Shown in pieces: positions 20,786-31,414 of a stretch of DNA of 64,000 nt. The stretch covers positions 3,020 through 67,019 of the forward strand of contig CADBVV010000001.1 in NCBI GenBank assembly GCA_902798205.1. The letters run 5' to 3'. A program made the position numbers and the translations under genes. This DNA comes from an uncultured Pseudomonadota bacterium (GTDB lineage Bacteria > Pseudomonadota > Alphaproteobacteria > Rs-D84). The stretch's first letter is position 1; every line of letters starts with the position of its first letter. Below the pieces are notes generated by a model that saw only the letters and a program-made list of their open reading frames with translations, was not told where the DNA came from and made no database searches.

Positions 20786-21328
20786 TTATTTAATCTTTCT
20801 TAATATCTTCAAATCATGTAAAAATTCAATAATCAATACAATCTGCCAAACAAAAAATACAATTGTCACAATATCATCACACATATGATTTTCGATGATA
20901 TCAACTAATGAAAAAATATACCCTTGTTCTGTTGTAACAAAAAGCATTGCTGTTTCCCATGCAAACATTGTGAATCGTTTATCTATAATTGGAATTATTT
21001 TTCCTTTTTCGTCATAAACAATATTACGGACACATTTTGTTTTATATACAAGATGCTTTATCACAAATACAATCACACATATAAATATTTGAACAAGAAT
21101 ATTATACCATATCCATTTTTTTTCAAAAGCACCGTTTGCTATACCGGAAAAATCATAATCATATTTAATCATATCTGGAACAGAATCCCAGTATATATAA
21201 AACATCGCTATTTCTATGGCCAAAACTATAAACGTTACAATTATGGATATTGATGTTCTGAACTTAATTCCACGCAAATTTCTTTTGGACAAAAGCATTT
21301 TTATAAATTGTATAAATGACGCCAGCAT
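20786..21328 (-). CDS. Hypothetical membrane protein (DUF1648-like N-terminus possible)
   Basis: 3-4 hydrophobic segments; WDSVPDMIKYDYDFSG motif; very AT-rich. Confidence 0.65.
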   Translation of the reverse strand: MLASFIQFIKMLLSKRNLRGIKFRTSISIIVTFIVLAIEIAMFYIYWDSVPDMIKYDYDFSGIANGAFEKKWIWYNILVQIFICVIVFVIKHLVYKTKCVRNIVYDEKGKIIPIIDKRFTMFAWETAMLFVTTEQGYIFSLVDIIENHMCDDIVTIVFFVWQIVLIIEFLHDLKILRKIK

Positions 21329-21428
21329 ATTTTCCCCGTTTAATTAAGATATTTTTCATATAATATTTAATAAAGTACAGGAAAACAAGCATATATTTAC
21401 ACAAAAAATGTTTTTATGGTCGGGGCAG

Positions 21429-21591
21429 TGCCTCGATACACAATAAATAAAATAAAAAAAATCTTGTGAACTTCGATTTTTTAATATTTTCTTAATTGTG
21501 CATTCTCGTATTCACCATGCATGTCTTGTGGACTATCGCCCACGAAAACTTCGTTTTCAAACGGTAGATTTCCGTACCGTTGACATTCTGG
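21429..21591 (+). ncRNA. Structured non-coding element, copy B (unknown family)
   Basis: Homologous to the reverse complement of 18331-18495. Confidence 0.6.
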
Positions 21592-21595
21592 TGCA

Positions 21596-21655
21596 TCTTG
21601 TTGCCCCAACCCAAACATAAAATTAAAACCACCACAAAAGTGGTGGTTTAAATTT

Positions 21656-21672
<17 letters not shown>
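21596..21672. terminator. Extended hairpin: tRNA terminator plus an inverted copy of the tRNA 3' end
   Basis: AAACCACCAC/GTGGTGGTTT core; TCTTGTTGCCCC pairs with GGGGCAACAAGA. Confidence 0.75.
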
Positions 21673-21732
<60 letters not shown>

Positions 21733-21741
21733 AAAGCAACC

Positions 21742-22410
21742 CTATTTTACATTTTGTTTTTGATTTTTCAATGCGATTTTTACACCTTCAAACATTTTAC
21801 GTGCATCTTTGTCCATTGGAACAAAAGCGCCCGTACTGTTTGTTTTACCGGTATAAAACCAAACATTATCACGCAATGTTTTATATTCAACCAATTTATA
21901 AAGCGAATTCAATACTGTAAATTCTTTTGGAAAATTGTGTTTTACACCCTTTTCAAAACAATAAATCGTGCGATGAATAAATCTGATTGGACATTTTCTT
22001 TGTATTAACGCAATAATTAAATCGTTTAAAAAACCCTGTTCTTTTTCAATTGATTTACTTTTGCGTGCACTTTTCCACATTTCTTGCATATCAGATAAAA
22101 CAAAAGGTCGTTTATTTATATCTTGGTCCAACATTGAATCAAAATTATAAATTCTGTTTACATAATTATATAATCTTTTGCATTCATCATTTGATTTATC
22201 AAACTTACGTGTTGTTGGTAAACCATCAATAAAAATTGTATATTTGGGTTTTGATTGTCCATATTGAAATAAATCAATTGTCGCCAACAAAGTTTTATCT
22301 GTGGAATAAAGATAAAAAGAATCTTTGTTCGCCACAGAAATTTTTGCACCACCCTGTACCAATGCATTTATTTCGTTTTGTGCAATTGCAACTTTTTCTT
22401 TATCTGACAT
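21742..22410 (-). CDS. Hypothetical protein
   Basis: Long ORF, AAGGAAAGG upstream of the ATG; no family recognised. Confidence 0.7.
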   Translation of the reverse strand: MSDKEKVAIAQNEINALVQGGAKISVANKDSFYLYSTDKTLLATIDLFQYGQSKPKYTIFIDGLPTTRKFDKSNDECKRLYNYVNRIYNFDSMLDQDINKRPFVLSDMQEMWKSARKSKSIEKEQGFLNDLIIALIQRKCPIRFIHRTIYCFEKGVKHNFPKEFTVLNSLYKLVEYKTLRDNVWFYTGKTNSTGAFVPMDKDARKMFEGVKIALKNQKQNVK

Positions 22411-22439
22411 CGCCCTTTCCTTTTCTTTATACAAACGCA

Positions 22440-23690
22440 TTATTTAACGCGTTTCAAAATTAAACTGGCGTTTGTCCCCCCAAAACCAAACGAATTACTT
22501 AATGCCGCATTAACTTCACGTTTTTGCGCTTTATTTGGAACCAGATTGAAATCACCAACTTCATCAATTGGATTTTCCAAATTAATTGTTGGTGGAACAA
22601 TATTATCACGAATCGCCAGCGCAGAAAAGATTGCTTCGATTGCACCGGCTGCACCCAACAAATGTCCAGTCATAGATTTTGTTGATGACATACATGTATT
22701 GCCATTACCAAACAATTCTTTGACAGCGACCAATTCGCCAACATCGCCCAAACCTGTTGATGTTCCATGTGCATTTACATAATCAATTTCTTCTGGTTTC
22801 AAACCAGATTTTTCCAATGCAATTAACATGGCGCGTTTGCCACCTTCACCATTTGGTGCCGGTGCAGTGATATGATGCGCATCCGCAGACATACCAAAAC
22901 CAGCAACTTCGGCATAAATTTTTGCACCACGTGCAACGGCATGTTCATATTCTTCCAAAACCAAAATACCTGCGCCTTCGCCGATAACAAACCCATCACG
23001 ATCCTTATCCCATGGACGTGATGCATGTTCTGGGTCATCATTTCTTGTACTTAATGCACGCATAGCGGCAAATCCAGCCATACCTATACGGCACACTGCA
23101 GATTCAGAACCACCGCAAATCATAATATCCGCATCACCACGTTTGATTATTTCTGCGGCTTCACCAATGGCATGTGATCCTGTTGCACATGCTGTGGACA
23201 TCGCAATGTTTGGACCGCCAAAACCATATTTAATTGAAATATATCCCGCAGGCATATTTACAATAGATTTTGTAACAAAGAACGGGCTTATAAAACGCGC
23301 ACCATTTTTAAGCATTTCTGTATCGGTATCGGAAATCGAAGAAATTCCACCGACACCACTGCCGACTGAAACACCAACACGATTTTTATCACCATCATAA
23401 TCGATAAGATTCGCATCATTTAAAGCCTCTTTTGCAGCGACCAACGCATACAAAGAAGTTTTTTCCATCTTTCTTTGTTCACGCGCATCAACTGCGACAT
23501 CTGGATTATATTCCCCTGGATTAGTTCCGCAAACTGGTACGCCTGCAATCTGTGAAGAAATATCAGAAACGTCAAATTCGGTAACTTTTCTGATACCACT
23601 TTTACCATCTAATAAATTTTTCCATGCGAATTCTATACCTGTACCAACTGGTGAAACAATTCCCATACCTGTGATAACAACTCTTTTCAT
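22440..23690 (-). CDS. fabF: 3-oxoacyl-ACP synthase II
   Basis: RVVITGMG, TACATG, NAHGTST, GHLLGAAG, SNSFGFGG. Confidence 0.97.
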   Translation of the reverse strand: MKRVVITGMGIVSPVGTGIEFAWKNLLDGKSGIRKVTEFDVSDISSQIAGVPVCGTNPGEYNPDVAVDAREQRKMEKTSLYALVAAKEALNDANLIDYDGDKNRVGVSVGSGVGGISSISDTDTEMLKNGARFISPFFVTKSIVNMPAGYISIKYGFGGPNIAMSTACATGSHAIGEAAEIIKRGDADIMICGGSESAVCRIGMAGFAAMRALSTRNDDPEHASRPWDKDRDGFVIGEGAGILVLEEYEHAVARGAKIYAEVAGFGMSADAHHITAPAPNGEGGKRAMLIALEKSGLKPEEIDYVNAHGTSTGLGDVGELVAVKELFGNGNTCMSSTKSMTGHLLGAAGAIEAIFSALAIRDNIVPPTINLENPIDEVGDFNLVPNKAQKREVNAALSNSFGFGGTNASLILKRVK

Positions 23691-23813
23691 AAATAAATCC
23701 TTTTTATAATCTTTGTCGCGCAAATCATACAATAAAATAAATATTAAATCAACGACATAAAAACGATGCCACCGAAACGGTGGCATCATTATCTTTTAAT
23801 GATTCAGAAGCAA

Positions 23814-24059
23814 TTATTTTGCGTGTGCTTCGATATATGCAACAGCATCACCAACAGTTGTCAATTTTGTTGCTTCTTCATCAGGAATTGTGATATTGAA
23901 TTCTTTTTCAACTTCCATAACAAATTCTACAACGTCCAAAGAATCAGCACCCAAATCATTTACGAAAGATGCAGTTTCTACGACTTTTGCTTTATCAACA
24001 CTCAATTTATCGCTTACAATATCTGTTACTTTAGCTAAAATTTCATCATGTTTTGACAT
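23814..24059 (-). CDS. acpP: Acyl carrier protein
   Basis: DLGADSLD motif. Confidence 0.98.
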   Translation of the reverse strand: MSKHDEILAKVTDIVSDKLSVDKAKVVETASFVNDLGADSLDVVEFVMEVEKEFNITIPDEEATKLTTVGDAVAYIEAHAK

Positions 24060-24195
24060 TTTTTATCCTTTGTTTGTGTTAATCTTGTGGCCCGTTTTTC
24101 CCAGGCGCCTTTCTTAACAAATTATCATTTTATCATACTTGTGTCAAGGAATTATAACAAACGATAACAAAGTGTTGACTTTTTCAAAAAATATA

Positions 24196-25194
24196 TTATG
24201 CGAATAATTCGTCCAACAAATCGTTCATATTATTACGCAAATTATCCTTGTCTGGATTCCAAACCAATGCATGCATTAAAAACTTATTAACATCATCCAT
24301 TGTAACATCAGGCATATTTGCTTTTGTTGTTACATGTTTCCATGCAGTACGCGGATCAATTATATGGAAACGTCCACGTCCCACAAACACCCATTCGCCA
24401 TCTTGGGGTAAATCTTGCAACAATAAAACAGCCCTGTCAGACAACGGCATATCGCCCCACATATCATGATTGAAATCTAAATCTTCCCAACGCATTTTAA
24501 ATATTTTTGTCTTTGGCGCAAAACCGTAAACCAACATTAAAAATGCAGCACGCAAATTAATATCTTTTTCTTTATTTATTACAGACAATAATTTTTTCAA
24601 ACCAGATTTAGTCAATTTTCTTTCACGTCTTACAACTGTGATTTTTTCAATATCATCTGTTGGGTTATCTTTTCTGTACCCCATATCGACGGCATAATTA
24701 AAAATGCTTTGCAACAATTCTTGCATACGCAGTGCCATCGAACGACCCGCAATATTATCCAATGATTTTTGTAAATCTTGTTTCGTTATATTTTGGATAT
24801 TTTTATCAAACAAAGAATCAAAATGTGCATTTATCGCACGTTTCAATTTTGTCATAGAATCTTCACTGCGACGGACCTTGCGTTCAAGATACGATTGCAC
24901 AAAATCTTTGAAAGAAATTTTCTTTCGTCTGTTTGGCACTTTCTTTAATGCTTCACTTAAAACTTCACCAACTTTGGCACGCGCTTCTTCAATGTCTGTT
25001 TCTGGATATTTACCAATAATGATTCGTTTATCACGTCCATTAACACGTTTTCGCACAAAGAAACTTTTCACACCGCGTTGTGTTATATACATACGCAATC
25101 TTGGTTCAGACAAATCTTGGACAACATCAAATCCTGTTTCCGGTGCAGGAAGACTGTCCAGAATATAAGAATTAAAGAAAAATTGATGTGCCAT
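24196..25194 (-). CDS. Tyrosine-integrase homologue (arm-binding and core-binding domains) lacking catalytic motifs
   Basis: N-terminal LRMYITQRGVKSF..R..G..KRIIIGKYP..IEEAR; MRWEDLD, PLS, WVF retained; box I and II residues altered. Confidence 0.8.
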   Translation of the reverse strand: MAHQFFFNSYILDSLPAPETGFDVVQDLSEPRLRMYITQRGVKSFFVRKRVNGRDKRIIIGKYPETDIEEARAKVGEVLSEALKKVPNRRKKISFKDFVQSYLERKVRRSEDSMTKLKRAINAHFDSLFDKNIQNITKQDLQKSLDNIAGRSMALRMQELLQSIFNYAVDMGYRKDNPTDDIEKITVVRRERKLTKSGLKKLLSVINKEKDINLRAAFLMLVYGFAPKTKIFKMRWEDLDFNHDMWGDMPLSDRAVLLLQDLPQDGEWVFVGRGRFHIIDPRTAWKHVTTKANMPDVTMDDVNKFLMHALVWNPDKDNLRNNMNDLLDELFA

Positions 25195-25205
25195 TTTATT
25201 TTCCT

Positions 25206-25703
25206 TTATTTTGTGTGTTGTTTCCAGAAACGAAAATTATCCAGTAATTTTTGTTTTGCCTGATTTTGTTTTTCTTGTGCCATTTTGAATTGTGCATACA
25301 AAGATTGATATTGAACCAGATCTTTAAAAGCATCACAATCACGACAAAAAGTTTCGTAAATTGTCCCATCTTCAAGATTATTCATGCATCTTTGTACTTG
25401 TTTTTCTGTATAAACTTTATTCTCGCCAATATGATCAAACGGATTATATATCACATAAAAGCAAGGATATGCATGACACATATGCGAATATGTATCCATG
25501 TATTGTTTGCATTCTTGTGGTTGTGTTTTTGGATCTGGGGCAGATTTTATAAATGCAGATTCTATAGAAATATTGTGTCCAAAATGTGGCAAAGAAACCT
25601 GTCCCAGCATACTATTAAATTGTTTGCTGACATTCTGTTGTGCAACAACAGTGTTCTTTTTTGCTTCTTTCCAATCATGATAATCTTGAATTATTTTCAA
25701 CAT
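25206..25703 (-). CDS. Hypothetical protein
   Basis: ORF coupled to the lepA stop (TAATG); no family recognised. Confidence 0.7.
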   Translation of the reverse strand: MLKIIQDYHDWKEAKKNTVVAQQNVSKQFNSMLGQVSLPHFGHNISIESAFIKSAPDPKTQPQECKQYMDTYSHMCHAYPCFYVIYNPFDHIGENKVYTEKQVQRCMNNLEDGTIYETFCRDCDAFKDLVQYQSLYAQFKMAQEKQNQAKQKLLDNFRFWKQHTK

Positions 25704-27496
25704 TATTCACCAACCTTTAATGCGTTAATAAATGCAGACTGTGGAATTTCTACATTACCAAAAGTGCGCAGACGTTTTTTACCTTCTTTCTGTTTTTCTA
25801 ATAATTTTCTTTTACGTGTAATATCACCACCATAACATTTTGCGGTAACATCTTTGCGATATGCAGCAATTGTTTCACGCGCAATAATCTTGCCCCCTAT
25901 GGCTGCTTGTAATGGAATTTTGAATTGATGACGTGGAATTAAATCTTTCAATTTTTCAACAATTTGACGTCCGCGTTTTTCTGCTGCTGCGCGATGACAA
26001 AGGAACGACAAAGGTTCCACATTTTCATCATTTACCAAAATAGAAACTTTGACCAAATCACTTACGCGATAATCATATAAAACATAATCAAATGAAGCAT
26101 ATCCAGATGACAAAGATTTTACACGATCATAAAAATCAAACACTATTTCTGACAAAGGTAATTGATAGACCAATACGGCACGATTCCCGACATATGAGAT
26201 ATTTTCTTGGACACCACGACGTGATGCACATAATTCCATAATTGCGCCCAAATATTTATCTGGCATCATAATTGTTGCACGCACCCATGGTTCTTCGATA
26301 GATTCAATACGTGTTATATCTGGCATATCAGCAGGATTTTCCAAATCCATTGTTGAACCGTCACGTAAATGAATTTTATAAAGCACGCTTGGCACCGTAT
26401 TGATAAGCGACAAATTAAATTCACGATTTAATCTTTCACTTATAATTTCCATATGCAGCAATCCTAAAAATCCACAACGCAAACCAAAACCCAACGCCGA
26501 AGATTTTTCGGTAGTAAATACAAACGAGGCATCATTTAATGCTAATTTTTCAGCCCCTTCACGCAGGTCTGGATAATCATTAGCTTCTACCGGAAAGAAA
26601 GACGAAAATACCACTGGAACCGATGGTTTAAATCCAGGCAACATTTCAACATCGCTTTTGGCATCACAAATTGTATCACCAACTTTGCAATCATGGATTG
26701 TTTTCATACCAGTAATAATAAAACCAATTTCACCAGTTGAAAGCGAATCTACATTTTCCATTTTTGGTGTAAAATAACCAACCTTTTCAACAACATATTC
26801 TGCACCAGTTGCAATGAATTTTATTTTTTGTCCGCGTGATAATTTCCCATCAACAACACGAACCAAAACAACAACCCCCAAATATGAATCATACCAGGAA
26901 TCTACCAACAATGCGCGCGTTGGTGCATTTTCATCGCCATTTGGTGCAGGCAATTTATTTACTATTTCTTCCAATAATTCAGGAACCCCCGCCCCGGTTT
27001 TACCAGAAACACACAATGCATTTGATGCGTCCATACCAATAACATCTGCAATTTGTTCACGTGTTGATTGAACATCACTGGACGGCAAATCAATTTTATT
27101 TAACACCGGCAACATTTCCAAATCATTATCCAGCGCAAGATATGCATTGGCCAATGTTTGTGCCTGAACCCCCTGGGTTGCATCAACCAAAATAATCGCA
27201 CCTTCACATGCCGCCAAAGAACGCGATACTTCATAAGAAAAGTCCACATGTCCAGGCGTATCCATCAAATTTAATTGATATGTTTCACCATTTTTTGCCT
27301 TGTAATTCAAACGAACAGTTTGTGCCTTGATAGTAATTCCGCGTTCACGTTCAATATCCATAGAATCAAGAACCTGCGCTTTCATTTCACGAGATTCCAG
27401 ACCGCCAGTATATTCAATCAAACGATCAGATAATGTAGATTTACCATGATCAATGTGCGCAACAATTGAAAAATTTCTGATATTACTCTGCTTCAT
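25703..27496 (-). CDS. lepA: Elongation factor 4 (LepA)
   Basis: [37 protein letters not shown]. Confidence 0.99.
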   Translation of the reverse strand: MKQSNIRNFSIVAHIDHGKSTLSDRLIEYTGGLESREMKAQVLDSMDIERERGITIKAQTVRLNYKAKNGETYQLNLMDTPGHVDFSYEVSRSLAACEGAIILVDATQGVQAQTLANAYLALDNDLEMLPVLNKIDLPSSDVQSTREQIADVIGMDASNALCVSGKTGAGVPELLEEIVNKLPAPNGDENAPTRALLVDSWYDSYLGVVVLVRVVDGKLSRGQKIKFIATGAEYVVEKVGYFTPKMENVDSLSTGEIGFIITGMKTIHDCKVGDTICDAKSDVEMLPGFKPSVPVVFSSFFPVEANDYPDLREGAEKLALNDASFVFTTEKSSALGFGLRCGFLGLLHMEIISERLNREFNLSLINTVPSVLYKIHLRDGSTMDLENPADMPDITRIESIEEPWVRATIMMPDKYLGAIMELCASRRGVQENISYVGNRAVLVYQLPLSEIVFDFYDRVKSLSSGYASFDYVLYDYRVSDLVKVSILVNDENVEPLSFLCHRAAAEKRGRQIVEKLKDLIPRHQFKIPLQAAIGGKIIARETIAAYRKDVTAKCYGGDITRKRKLLEKQKEGKKRLRTFGNVEIPQSAFINALKVGE

Positions 27497-27513
27497 CCTT
27501 TCCCCACATTATT

Positions 27514-27864
27514 TTACATATCTAAATTATTCAACAATTCTTCGATTCGGTTTGCACGTTCCAATGTATCATCATAAACAAATCTTATTTCTGGAACATA
27601 TTTTTGGTCTATTTTTTGCGCCAATTCAAAACGCACCATTTTTGTTATTTCGTCCAATCTTTTCTGGGTTGCTTCTATATTATCATGCGCATAAAAGAAT
27701 ATCTTTACGAATTGCATTCCACCGTGAGCCTCTGCCCCAACCAGTGAAACACCGTTTATCAATTTATCATCAAAAAAATTACGTTGTAAAATTTCCGCGA
27801 CCAAGGTTTGAACCTTGCTGGCTATTTTTTCAGATCTGTTAGAATTGGTTTGTTTTTTCATCAT
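27514..27864 (-). CDS. rbfA: Ribosome-binding factor A
   Basis: YVPEIRFVYDDT.ERANRIEELL. Confidence 0.85.
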   Translation of the reverse strand: MMKKQTNSNRSEKIASKVQTLVAEILQRNFFDDKLINGVSLVGAEAHGGMQFVKIFFYAHDNIEATQKRLDEITKMVRFELAQKIDQKYVPEIRFVYDDTLERANRIEELLNNLDM

Positions 27865-27968
27865 AATAATACATTTCCTTTGCGGCAATGATACACTGGT
27901 ATATAAAAATTACAAGAAAATTATTAAAGATGTTGAACAAGTATTTGAAATCTTATATTATGGTGTCT

Positions 27969-28541
27969 ATGAAAATAATAAATAAAATCTTGGACAAATC
28001 ATCAAAGCCTTGGTATGCATGGATTGTGTTTTTAATGACCGTCTGTGAATCAATATTCCTTTTTATCCCACCAGAAGTCTTTATGACCCCGGCAATTGTG
28101 GCGGATAAAAAACGCGCCCGACCAATTGTTTTGGCTGCCGCGATTGGTTCGCTTGTTGGTGGTGCAATTACTTATTTAATAGGGCTTTGGTTATTTGACA
28201 CCGTTGGTATGTGGTTAATTGAACATTTTGCCAGTTTGGAAAAATTCGAATTGACCAAGGCATTATTTACCAAATATGGTGTGCTGATTATTATTGCAAC
28301 TGCGGTAACACCTATCCCGTACAAATTATTGGCATTGTGTGCTGGATTTCTGGAATATCCTATTCTTGTTTTCTTGGGGGTTTCTGCGATATTCAGAACT
28401 GGCCGTTTTGCAATAATCGGATTTTTGCTTTGGCGCTTTCAAGAACAGGCAAATTTAATCGTAAAAAAATATTCTTGGCAATTGACAATTGGCGCAATCG
28501 TGTTCGCATTATTGGGTCTGTTAATAATAACTGTGTTATAA
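27969..28541 (+). CDS. YqaA/DedA (VTT domain) membrane protein
   Basis: ESIFLFIPPE, GSLVGG..Y.IG, TPIPYK. Confidence 0.88.
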   Translation: MKIINKILDKSSKPWYAWIVFLMTVCESIFLFIPPEVFMTPAIVADKKRARPIVLAAAIGSLVGGAITYLIGLWLFDTVGMWLIEHFASLEKFELTKALFTKYGVLIIIATAVTPIPYKLLALCAGFLEYPILVFLGVSAIFRTGRFAIIGFLLWRFQEQANLIVKKYSWQLTIGAIVFALLGLLIITVL

Positions 28542-28584
28542 AATACCCTTGCCCAGATATAATTTTTTTACTATGATAAATGTC

Positions 28585-29355
28585 ATGACAGAAACAACTA
28601 TATCTTTTGCAAATGTATCAGCAACATACGACAACAAACACGATGTTTTATCAGACGTGTCTTTTAATATAAGTGGTGGTGCTTTTTATTTTTTAACAGG
28701 TGCAAGTGGTGCCGGTAAAACAACACTTTTGCGATTGATATATCAATTACACAAACCATCCAATGGAACAATCAAACTTTTCGGCAAAGATTGTAGCGAA
28801 TTATCACGTGATGAAATTTCTGTATTGCGTCAAAAAATGGCAATCGTTTTTCAAGAATATTCTTTGATTTCACACATGACTGTATTTGATAACGTTGCAT
28901 TACCATTACGCGTTCGTGGATTTGGTAATGACAAAATTAAAAAGTTGGTTACAAAAACACTTGAATGGGTTGGTTTGGGAAAATATGCGAATGCTTATCC
29001 AATGGAATTAAGTGGTGGACAACAACAACGCGTATCTGTTGCACGCGCCATTATTATTCAACCATCTATATTATTGGCAGACGAACCAACAGGCAATCTT
29101 GATGATGAAAATGCTTCGCGTCTTATGGAATTATTTATTCAAATGAACAAGATGTTCGGAACAACTGTTATATTGGCAACCCACAATAAAAAATTGTTGG
29201 AAACATATAAATTCCCGGTAATCATGGTTGATAATCATCATGTTACTTTTTCTGGTGCAAACACAGAAAATACCACACGTAAATGGAAGGGACCACAACC
29301 ACAAAATTATTTTTCAGAAATTTCTAAACAATTTGAAGATATTGGTAAAGCATAA
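28585..29355 (+). CDS. ftsE: Cell division ATP-binding protein FtsE
   Basis: GASGAGKTT, LSGGQQQR, LADEPTGNLD; upstream of ftsX. Confidence 0.92.
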   Translation: MTETTISFANVSATYDNKHDVLSDVSFNISGGAFYFLTGASGAGKTTLLRLIYQLHKPSNGTIKLFGKDCSELSRDEISVLRQKMAIVFQEYSLISHMTVFDNVALPLRVRGFGNDKIKKLVTKTLEWVGLGKYANAYPMELSGGQQQRVSVARAIIIQPSILLADEPTGNLDDENASRLMELFIQMNKMFGTTVILATHNKKLLETYKFPVIMVDNHHVTFSGANTENTTRKWKGPQPQNYFSEISKQFEDIGKA

Positions 29356-30194
29356 TGAAAAAGACAAAACTTGTATTTTCACTGGTTCGCGAACAATCCA
29401 TGTTTATGACGGTGGTATTGTCTGTTTTAACTTTCTTGTCCGTATTATCTTTGGGTATCGCATTGGCGGTTGGTGGTGGCGTTATTCGTTGGAACAATCA
29501 ATGGAACAGATATGCAACAATTCAAATAACAAATCCTGATAATACAAATTATGTAAAAAAAGTATTTGAAGAAAATGCGGCCAAATTTGACAACATCCAG
29601 GAAATATCTAAAAACGAAATGGAACATTTGTTGCAACCATGGATGTCAAGTGGCGCAAAAATAAATAACTATTTACCAACTATGTTTGAAGTAAAATTGA
29701 AAAAATCTTCTGACATGGCATTTATCAAAGAAAAAATCGCACCACGCGCAAAATTCTTGGCGCACACATCCGCTTTAAAAACATCTATTTCTGCCGGATG
29801 GAAACTGGTATCCATAACAACATTAATTTTATTATTGATGTTGGTATCTATCGGTGTTTGTGTATCATGTATATCGCGAAACATCGCAATGTTACACAAA
29901 CATGAATTGGAAATATTAAACCAGGTTGGCGCCACAGATAATTTTGTTGCAAAACAAATGCAAATTATTGTTGCAAGAATAAGTTCCATTGCTTGTCTTG
30001 TTGGTTTTGTGTGTGCAACACCAATTATTTTAATGATATTATCAACCGCACATTCTGCACGGGTTGGTTTAATGTCCACATTATCTTTATCAACATCAGA
30101 TTGGATTATTTTGATGTTATTACCGATAATGATTATTATGTTTTCAGTTTATATAACAAAAAGAACAACTTTTAAAATACTATCAGAAAATTGA
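29355..30194 (+). CDS. ftsX: Cell division permease FtsX
   Basis: 4 TM; ELEIL.QVGATDNF; conserved ftsE-ftsX-ydcF-plsC order. Confidence 0.85.
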   Translation: MKKTKLVFSLVREQSMFMTVVLSVLTFLSVLSLGIALAVGGGVIRWNNQWNRYATIQITNPDNTNYVKKVFEENAAKFDNIQEISKNEMEHLLQPWMSSGAKINNYLPTMFEVKLKKSSDMAFIKEKIAPRAKFLAHTSALKTSISAGWKLVSITTLILLLMLVSIGVCVSCISRNIAMLHKHELEILNQVGATDNFVAKQMQIIVARISSIACLVGFVCATPIILMILSTAHSARVGLMSTLSLSTSDWIILMLLPIMIIMFSVYITKRTTFKILSEN

Positions 30195-30700
30195 TGAAAT
30201 ATATTCCTGCATCTTTGGTGTTAATTTTTTGTTTCGTATTCGGTGGAATAATGTTCAAATCGATGACCCCGCCAAGATGCGAATCTTTACAACAAGATGA
30301 CAGTATATTTGTATTAACAGGAGATGCACGCCGTATTCCATACGCAATAAAAAAATTAGATTCTTTACAATATGGAAATCTTTATGTTATTGGCGCGGGT
30401 GTAACATCAATACCCAATCACGTACATGTAAATGTTGAATCCGCATCTAAATCTACTTATCAAAATGCATTGGCAATCAAAAAAATAGTCCAAGATAAAA
30501 AACTTAATCGCGTGGTCGTTGTCACAACAGAAGACCATATGAATCGCGCATTGTATTTATTAAGAAATACTTTGCCAGAAACAGATATTGTTGCATGCCC
30601 CGCTTCATTAACAGGCATGCCAGCACCAATACGTGTAAAACGTTGGGCCATTGAATATGTAAAATACATCGTCACAATGTTTGGTATAAAGGAAAGTTAA
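30194..30700 (+). CDS. YdcF/DUF218 family protein
   Basis: VLTG, STYQNA, VVTTEDHMNRA, EYVK. Confidence 0.88.
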   Translation: MKYIPASLVLIFCFVFGGIMFKSMTPPRCESLQQDDSIFVLTGDARRIPYAIKKLDSLQYGNLYVIGAGVTSIPNHVHVNVESASKSTYQNALAIKKIVQDKKLNRVVVVTTEDHMNRALYLLRNTLPETDIVACPASLTGMPAPIRVKRWAIEYVKYIVTMFGIKES

Positions 30701-30702
30701 AA

Positions 30703-31410
30703 ATGTTACGAACTTTAATATTTAAATTTGTTCTTGTTATATGGTTTTTGATGTGGACGCCATTACTTTTAGTTGGGTTAATATCTTCAAAACTTGAACG
30801 CCAGTTTGTATTAGCAGATGCATGGGGGGTATTATTTCTTACACGAATTATCGCCGGTATAAAATATAAAATACATTACCCATCAACAAACGAAGACGGT
30901 ATCCCTTTGAAACACAATATAAATCAAAGACTTGATGGACGTTCCATTATTGCATCAAAACATATGTCCATGTTGGAAGTCGCGATATTGGTCACCCATG
31001 TCCCAAATTGTTTCTTTATAATGAAACGCGAATTATTATGGATTCCTGTTTACGGTTGGGCGTTTTGGAGAATCGGGCTTATCGGCGTAAACAGAACACG
31101 TGGTGCAACAAATATGAATATATTGGCTAACAAAGTTACAAAACATATTATGGACGGAATGACACTTATAATATTCCCCGAAGGAACCAGGGCCACACCA
31201 AATCAAAAAATACAATTAAAACGTGGATTATTGTTTTTGGCATCACATTTAAAATTGCCTATAACCCCAGTTGGTGTAGATACGGGATTATATTGGCCAA
31301 AACATGGAAAAATGCGCCCTGGAACAACACACATATATTTTGAAAGCGAATTGCCTTCATCGGCAACACTGGAAGAAATTCACGAAGCAATAAATCGTCA
31401 CAGCTGTTAA
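30703..31410 (+). CDS. plsC: 1-acyl-sn-glycerol-3-phosphate acyltransferase
   Basis: KHMSMLE, IFPEGTR. Confidence 0.9.
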   Translation: MLRTLIFKFVLVIWFLMWTPLLLVGLISSKLERQFVLADAWGVLFLTRIIAGIKYKIHYPSTNEDGIPLKHNINQRLDGRSIIASKHMSMLEVAILVTHVPNCFFIMKRELLWIPVYGWAFWRIGLIGVNRTRGATNMNILANKVTKHIMDGMTLIIFPEGTRATPNQKIQLKRGLLFLASHLKLPITPVGVDTGLYWPKHGKMRPGTTHIYFESELPSSATLEEIHEAINRHSC

Positions 31411-31414
31411 TAAA

